From: Candidatus Acetothermia bacterium
Lineage (GTDB): Bacteria > Bipolaricaulota > Bipolaricaulia > M55B111
Assembly (NCBI GenBank): GCA_046543235.1
Contig: JBKGZT010000040.1
Coordinates: 1 to 12,023 of the forward strand
DNA length: 12,023 nt
Direction: 5' to 3'
Shown piece after piece: positions 6,784 through 12,023 of the stretch. Position 1 is the stretch's first letter, and each line of letters begins with the position of its first letter. The position numbers and the translations under genes are program-made. The notes beneath the pieces were generated by a model that was given only the letters and a program-made list of their open reading frames with translations, had not been told where the DNA came from and did no database searches.

Positions 6784-7968
6784 TTAGCGCAACTCGTCCA
6801 TCAACTTCGAACCGATCTCGCCGGGTAGCGTCTTCAAGATTGTAGTCACGACGGTGGGATCCTTTATCATTTTTTTTGCCAGCGGATAGAGGTGGTCAAT
6901 CTCCCCGTTGCGTGATATCCAGCTGGCGATTTCTTCTCGCTTCAACAAACTCAGAAGCCTCGTTAATCTTTTGTCCGAGACCCGATCCAGGATTCGGTGC
7001 AGCAACATTTCTCTCTTCAGTTCTTCTCCGACCTCATTCATCCACCTGTCGTAGTAGACCCTTCCGGGCTTTTCTAGGCCGTTCACGGCTTCGATCGCGA
7101 CTTCCCCGGCGATCCTGGCGGTTATCGATAGCGGGTATATCCCACCTCCGGATGTCGGTTTGACCTGCCCTGCCGCGTCGCCAACCGTGAGGACGCCGTT
7201 TTTGCAGGGAGACTCGGGTACCCCGATCGGAATTACTCCGGTTCTGAATGCGTCCGTAGGTTCTATTCCGATCTTTTCCGCCAGATTGGCAAAAAGATGC
7301 TTTATCCTTTCCCCCCGGCTCGTAGCCAAACCTATGCGCGCCCTGTTCCTCGATACCGGGATAATCCAGCCGAAAAATCCTGGAGCGAGGTCTTTGCCGA
7401 AGAAGACTTCCACGAAGTCGGACCTGCGGGAAGTAAACTCCGTTTCCTCCTGAATTGCGTAGAGCAACTTGGAGGGCCTCTCCAGTGCGAATAGCCTCCT
7501 GACGTCGCTTCGGGGTCCGTCGGCACCTATTATCACCCGGGGCTCGAGTCTCTCTTCTTCGGAACCATCCACCGATCGAATCGTGACGCTCCTGTCGTCT
7601 CGACGGTATATACCCGTTCCTGTCTTTACTTTTACCCCTTTTTTCTTTGCCCTGGTTGCCAGGTCCGCGTTTAATTCGTCCCTGTCGATCACGTAGGCTT
7701 TCGTTTCGGGAGCGGAAAGATCGAAGCTTTCACCTTCCGGTGGATGAACGAAGACTCCCCGTATCTCGTTTTCTATGACTTGGTCCGATGCTCCCAATCT
7801 CTCCCAGGTCTCCAGGCTGACGAGACCGCCGCAGGCACTGGATTCCGCCAGGTCGGTTTTCTTGTCGATCAAGAGCGTGTCGGCGCCCCCTTCGGCAGAC
7901 ACCCTTCCGGTAATGGAACCTGCAGGACCGCCACCGACGACGAGAACCTGTGGTTTACGATTTACCAT
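6784..7968 (-). CDS. Geranylgeranyl reductase family FAD-dependent oxidoreductase
   Basis: Motifs VLVVGGGPAGS, ACGGLVS, YVIDRDELNADLA, IIGADGPRS, APGFFGWIIP and VGDAAGQVKPTSGGGI. Confidence 0.88.
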   Translation of the reverse strand: MVNRKPQVLVVGGGPAGSITGRVSAEGGADTLLIDKKTDLAESSACGGLVSLETWERLGASDQVIENEIRGVFVHPPEGESFDLSAPETKAYVIDRDELNADLATRAKKKGVKVKTGTGIYRRDDRSVTIRSVDGSEEERLEPRVIIGADGPRSDVRRLFALERPSKLLYAIQEETEFTSRRSDFVEVFFGKDLAPGFFGWIIPVSRNRARIGLATSRGERIKHLFANLAEKIGIEPTDAFRTGVIPIGVPESPCKNGVLTVGDAAGQVKPTSGGGIYPLSITARIAGEVAIEAVNGLEKPGRVYYDRWMNEVGEELKREMLLHRILDRVSDKRLTRLLSLLKREEIASWISRNGEIDHLYPLAKKMIKDPTVVTTILKTLPGEIGSKLMDELR

Positions 7969-7969
7969 G

Positions 7970-8881
7970 TTACCACCTTAAAAACAAGTTTACTTTACTT
8001 TCCGAAACGCCCGTTTTACGGAGAAATTCCAGGCCGAGCTCCACTTCTCCGTGGTAGCCCAGAAAAACCCCCCTCCAGCCACCCCTCAGCCCGGTGGAGG
8101 TGTAACCGATGCTTAACCTCTCACCTTTCAGCTGGAGCGACAGGCGCTCGAAACGGAGTTCGTCGAATAAGAAAGACAGGTTACTATTTTCGTAGTCTAC
8201 CCTCGTGGCCATTGCAAGGCTAGGAGTTTCCTCGAGAAAATCCAAGGAAAGTCCCTGGGTCCAACTCAGGCGGTTCTCACCCACGGTAAATTGTCTTCCT
8301 CCCGAAAGGTTCAAGTAGCTATCTCTCGGGTATTTACGGCCTATTCTGCCCACCCTGTAGAGGTGGCTGAAGTCCGAATCTTTCGTGGAGGGAAACCAGA
8401 AGTCCGACTCGGGCCCGGGATTGGATAGGCCCAGTTCGTAGTTTAAACCTAGCTTTCCGACCGAGAAGGAACCGTCCCCGCTTAGCCTATAACCGGAACC
8501 GCTTAGCCAGACCCCCGTGTCCGCGGAAAGAGCCCAACCACCGATTTGGTAGTCGAGGTAAGAAGCCTCAAGCCCGGCCGCGATCCTAGTTGACTGGAGG
8601 TCCTGACCGGATTCAAAAAGTCCGGATACAAACGGACGGAACTCCCAGTTTTCCGGCGCAGGTAGGGTTTCCTCGCTCAGGGACAGACCGAGGCCGTATT
8701 CTCCCTGAAGCGTCCTGGTCAGCCCTAGGGTTTGATCGCTAAAGTTTACTTCCCCGAGAAATGTGGCACCGGAAGGTCCGAAAGAAAGCCTCGCTTCTCC
8801 CGTAACCGTAGGGGAAAACCCGAACAAGACTAAAAGGAAGGTTAGCAGTCCGGAGAGGGTTTTAACTCTTAACGATTTCAT
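7970..8881 (-). CDS. Hypothetical exported protein, possible outer-membrane beta-barrel
   Basis: 303 aa. Signal-peptide-like N-terminus (MKSLRVK-hydrophobic core-VTG), G/S/aromatic-rich alternating strands and C-terminal VNLFLRW. Its stop lies 1 nt before the reductase ATG. Confidence 0.65.
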   Translation of the reverse strand: MKSLRVKTLSGLLTFLLVLFGFSPTVTGEARLSFGPSGATFLGEVNFSDQTLGLTRTLQGEYGLGLSLSEETLPAPENWEFRPFVSGLFESGQDLQSTRIAAGLEASYLDYQIGGWALSADTGVWLSGSGYRLSGDGSFSVGKLGLNYELGLSNPGPESDFWFPSTKDSDFSHLYRVGRIGRKYPRDSYLNLSGGRQFTVGENRLSWTQGLSLDFLEETPSLAMATRVDYENSNLSFLFDELRFERLSLQLKGERLSIGYTSTGLRGGWRGVFLGYHGEVELGLEFLRKTGVSESKVNLFLRW

Positions 8882-8911
8882 CGCCCCTGCCCTTGGAGTT
8901 CCAATTCCGTG

Positions 8912-9952
8912 TCAACTCCTTTCCGCCTCTTCAGCCCTTTCCTTACGCTTTTCGAACAATAGGTTCATTATCCCGTAGTGCGCCAGGAGGGCAAGGCCTA
9001 AACCCACCAGGACGAACTGGATGGATTTAATCGCGAAGGAATAAGCCACGGCTTCACTTCCGCTTACTCCGAATAACGCGTATATACCGATGTAACCTCC
9101 TTCGGAAACCCCTATTCCACCCGGCGTAATCCAGAAAAACGAAGACATCACCGATATCATCGCAAAAAGCATCGTCAGCTCCGCGATCGTAAACACCCGT
9201 CCCTGGGTGAAGTAAAAGTAAATCAGTGGTCTGATGAACATAAAGAAGGTTGCCACCAGGTCGAGGACCAGTGCAACTACGGTGTGTCTGATGTGCTTGC
9301 CGAATGCCATGCTTATCTCTTTTTCCAGATGTCTGATCCCGTCTTCGGCCTTCTGGAGGACTTCGGTCCAGGGTAATTTACGTTTTAGAAAAGCCGTAAA
9401 CCTCGAGAAGATGAAGACCTTTTTGGAAAAATTCAGGATAAGGGCCGTCAGTAGAACGAGGAAGAGGAGCGAAATCAGGATCAGGTAAAGCATCATGTCC
9501 GTCGGTATCTGGCTGTAGATCGTCAGCATTGCGCCGATCAGTATTGCGGAAACGAGTGCCGCCATCATGGTTATCCGCTCGGCGACGATCGTCGCGAAGA
9601 TCCTGCTGTAGGAGGAATCGCTTTCCCGTTCTAATACCAGGGCCCTTACCGGCTCGCCTCCGAAGTGCATGGACGGGGTCAGGTAGCTGACGGCAAAACT
9701 CCCTATGCGTGCCCAGAAGCTCAGCAGATAAGGGGCCTTTACGCCGTAGCCTTTCATGATAACTATCCAGGCGACCGTCCAGAAGAAAAAGGTTAGAAGT
9801 ATCGCCGAAATCATCGTTATGAAGCCGTCCCAGCCCAGAGCAGAAAACTGGTTGAGTACCTTCTTGGGGCCAATAAAGCTGAGTATTGCCCCTAGTATCG
9901 CTATGCCGAGGATTATGGATATTATCGTCGTAGTTTTGCGACTTGTGCTCAA
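8912..9952 (-). CDS. UPF0104 / lysylphosphatidylglycerol synthase TM-domain (flippase-like) membrane protein
   Basis: Multiple TM helices; family motifs SYLTPSMHFGGEPVR, TIVAER and ITPGGIGVSEG. TTG start preceded by GGGAGGT on the - strand. Confidence 0.85.
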   Translation of the reverse strand: MSTSRKTTTIISIILGIAILGAILSFIGPKKVLNQFSALGWDGFITMISAILLTFFFWTVAWIVIMKGYGVKAPYLLSFWARIGSFAVSYLTPSMHFGGEPVRALVLERESDSSYSRIFATIVAERITMMAALVSAILIGAMLTIYSQIPTDMMLYLILISLLFLVLLTALILNFSKKVFIFSRFTAFLKRKLPWTEVLQKAEDGIRHLEKEISMAFGKHIRHTVVALVLDLVATFFMFIRPLIYFYFTQGRVFTIAELTMLFAMISVMSSFFWITPGGIGVSEGGYIGIYALFGVSGSEAVAYSFAIKSIQFVLVGLGLALLAHYGIMNLLFEKRKERAEEAERS

Positions 9953-9984
9953 ACGTACCTCCCAGACCTACGGTTCTAACTCAG

Positions 9985-10013
9985 TTGTACAAGGCTAACG
10001 GATACTTTATACT
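9985..10013 (+). promoter_or_regulatory. Putative sigma70 promoter for hflKC
   Basis: TTGTAC (9985-9990) - 17 nt - TATACT (10008-10013). Confidence 0.6.
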
Positions 10014-10020
10014 TTAGCAA
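9992..10020 (-). promoter_or_regulatory. Putative sigma70 promoter for the flippase-like/exported protein/GGR operon
   Basis: On the - strand: TTGCTA (10020-10015) - 17 nt - TAGCCT (9997-9992). Confidence 0.45.
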
Positions 10021-10044
10021 TATTCCCTAATACAGGGGTGGATT

Positions 10045-11061
10045 ATGCCTGAAAACTACGATTTTGACAGGGGAGACCGCCGTGGCAGAACCGACTGGGA
10101 TAGATTCAAAAGGAGTTTTAAGAAATTTGGCGACAAAGCAGGTTGGGTTATAGTTGGTCTGGTAGCAATAATCTACCTGCTGCAGGGAGTTTACCAGGTC
10201 GGACCGTCCGAAGTCGGTCTGGTAAGGAGGTTTGGTAAGCACGTTAGGACGGTAAATTCCGGTTTGAACTATCACCTACCCCCGCCGATAGAGATAGTAG
10301 ACAAGGTCGACGTAAGGTCCGTGCGAAAGGTGGAAATCGGATATGAGACCATCTCGCCGCCCCCAAACCCGCAATACCGGGTAGATGATAAAGAAGCGCT
10401 CATGCTAACCGGGGACGACAATATAGTTCACATGGAACTCGCAATTCAGTTCACCGTGGTGGATGCCGAGAAGTTTGCTTTTAACATTATAGAGCCCTAC
10501 TCCTTGGTAAAGGAATCTGGAGAGGCGGTTATCCGGGAGGAAGCGGTTAAACATACCGTAGAGGAGGTTCTTACTATCCAGAGAGCGGAAATCGCGAACC
10601 AAACTCAGGTGGAGTTACAGAAACTGCTCGATGAGTACGATGCGGGAATCAACATCGAAGTGGTCAAGATACAGGACGCCAGACCCCCGGAGCCTGTTGA
10701 ACCTGCTTTTGACGATGTCACCAGTGCCAAGGAGGACAAGAACACGAAGATCAACCAGGCGGAAGCCTATGCAAACGACGTCATACCAAATGCTCGAGGT
10801 CAGGCTACGGAAATACTCAACCAGGCGGAGGCCACAAAGGCAGAACGAGTCAACGAAGCGGAAGGTGACGTAAGCAAGTTCCTCCAGGTCCTGGAGGAAT
10901 ACGGACAGGGGAGCCAGGAGGTAACGAGGAGACGTCTCTACATGGAGACGATGGAGGAGATCTTACCAGAAATGAAGAAGGTTATCCTTACCGATTCTAC
11001 CGACGGTTCCTCGGTTCTAAAACTTCTGAACCTGTCCGAGCTGGAAGGTGAGAGCAAATGA
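10045..11061 (+). CDS. hflK: FtsH protease modulator HflK (SPFH domain)
   Basis: N-terminal TM plus GLVRRFGK, GLNYHLPPPIE, MLTGDDNIV, PPEPVEPAFDDV, AEAYANDVIPNARGQA and VTRRRLYMETMEEIL. Confidence 0.95.
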   Translation: MPENYDFDRGDRRGRTDWDRFKRSFKKFGDKAGWVIVGLVAIIYLLQGVYQVGPSEVGLVRRFGKHVRTVNSGLNYHLPPPIEIVDKVDVRSVRKVEIGYETISPPPNPQYRVDDKEALMLTGDDNIVHMELAIQFTVVDAEKFAFNIIEPYSLVKESGEAVIREEAVKHTVEEVLTIQRAEIANQTQVELQKLLDEYDAGINIEVVKIQDARPPEPVEPAFDDVTSAKEDKNTKINQAEAYANDVIPNARGQATEILNQAEATKAERVNEAEGDVSKFLQVLEEYGQGSQEVTRRRLYMETMEEILPEMKKVILTDSTDGSSVLKLLNLSELEGESK

Positions 11062-11960
11062 GAAAACTGGGTTGGTTCGTCGGGATATTGGTCGTACTCG
11101 TCATCTTGTTCAACCTCTTTACCTTTATCGTGCCCGAAACCGAACAGGCCATAATAGTTCAATATGGCGACATAAAACAGGTGGCAACCGAGCCCGGACT
11201 TTACTTCAAGATACCTTTCATTCAGTCGGTGGAACATATGGAGGCTCGATTGCTCTCCTACGATATACAACCTAGGGAGTTGATTACGGCGGATCAGCGG
11301 CGTCTGTCCGTGAATAATTACGCCGTCTGGAAGATAGAGGATCCCCGTCAGTTCAAGAAATCCCTCAATGCTAGTCTGGGTACGGCTCAGACCAGGATAG
11401 ATGACATCCTTTACTCGGACCTGAGGAACGTCCTGGCCAGTCGCGAATTCGACGAGATCGCTTCCGAGGAAAGAGAGAAAATGCTGAATGATATTACGAA
11501 AACCAGCGGGGAAAAGCTGGAGGAGTACGGGATTGAGCTGGTGGACGCCAAAATAAAGCGGGCGGATTTGCCACAAGACAACGAGCAGGCCGTATTCGAT
11601 AGGATGATCTCCGAGAGGGAAAGACGTGCTTCCCAGCTCCGGGCCGAAGGTGAAGAAGAGGAGAAGGAAATCGAATCGGAGGCGGATAGGCGGAGCAGCG
11701 TCCTCGTGGCGGAAGCCAGGAACGAGGCCGAATCCATCCAGGGTGAAGGGGAAGCGGAAGCGCTACAAATTTACGCCGATGCCTACAGTCAGGACGTCGA
11801 GTTCTACGAGTTCTGGCGAAAGCTTGCTTCCTACAGGGAGTCCTTCCCGGGGGAGGAGTCCACTATATTGATTTCTCCGGATTCCCAGTACTTGAGGTTG
11901 CTTTCCGAAGGGGTAACTGAGGGACTAAAGGAAAAGGAAGAATCCGGTGAAAACGGTTAG
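11058..11960 (+). CDS. hflC: FtsH protease modulator HflC (SPFH domain)
   Basis: N-terminal TM plus EPGLYFKIPFIQ, IKRADLP, VFDRMISER, GEGEAEA..IYADAY and FYEFWR; ATGA overlap with hflK. Confidence 0.95.
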   Translation: MRKLGWFVGILVVLVILFNLFTFIVPETEQAIIVQYGDIKQVATEPGLYFKIPFIQSVEHMEARLLSYDIQPRELITADQRRLSVNNYAVWKIEDPRQFKKSLNASLGTAQTRIDDILYSDLRNVLASREFDEIASEEREKMLNDITKTSGEKLEEYGIELVDAKIKRADLPQDNEQAVFDRMISERERRASQLRAEGEEEEKEIESEADRRSSVLVAEARNEAESIQGEGEAEALQIYADAYSQDVEFYEFWRKLASYRESFPGEESTILISPDSQYLRLLSEGVTEGLKEKEESGENG

Positions 11961-11984
11961 CGGGCGGCGCTTTGCTCGATTGTC

Positions 11985-12023
11985 AAGACCCTCCCGAGAA
12001 GTTCGGGAGGGTTTTCGTATTTT
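11985..12023 (+). terminator. Rho-independent terminator after hflC
   Basis: ACCCTCCCGA (11988-11997) - GAAGT - TCGGGAGGGT (12003-12012), followed by TTTCGTATTTT. Confidence 0.85.

Noticed and set aside
10938-11576. 212-aa antisense ORF, and the other short overlapping ORFs in the track
   Set aside because: Antisense or out-of-frame shadows of confidently identified genes, without family motifs.

Overview
Bacterial chromosomal window with sigma70-type promoters, SD sites and a bacterial SSB. The + strand starts with a galactoside/Leloir cluster: the 3' end of a GH42 beta-galactosidase, a GH4 alpha-galactosidase, galM, galT and galK. An unannotated 38-codon ORF is coupled to galT, and its KEDGRIIIYY motif resembles the N-terminal extension of actinobacterial/Deinococcus-type GalT. 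Next are an Nfu/NifU-C protein and ssb, bracketed by two diverged direct copies (5543-5638, 6600-6692) of a ~95-nt hairpin element. This element has compensatory stem changes, conserved loop motifs and a conserved alternative pairing, so it is a candidate undescribed structured RNA or REP/MITE-like element. A - strand three-gene operon encodes a UPF0104/LPG-synthase-TM flippase-like protein, a secreted putative beta-barrel protein and an archaeal-like geranylgeranyl reductase. It is divergent from hflKC, with fully overlapping candidate promoters, and hflC is followed by an intrinsic terminator. Soluble proteins look acidic, hinting at a halophilic host (inference). All family calls come from motif recognition; no database search was run.
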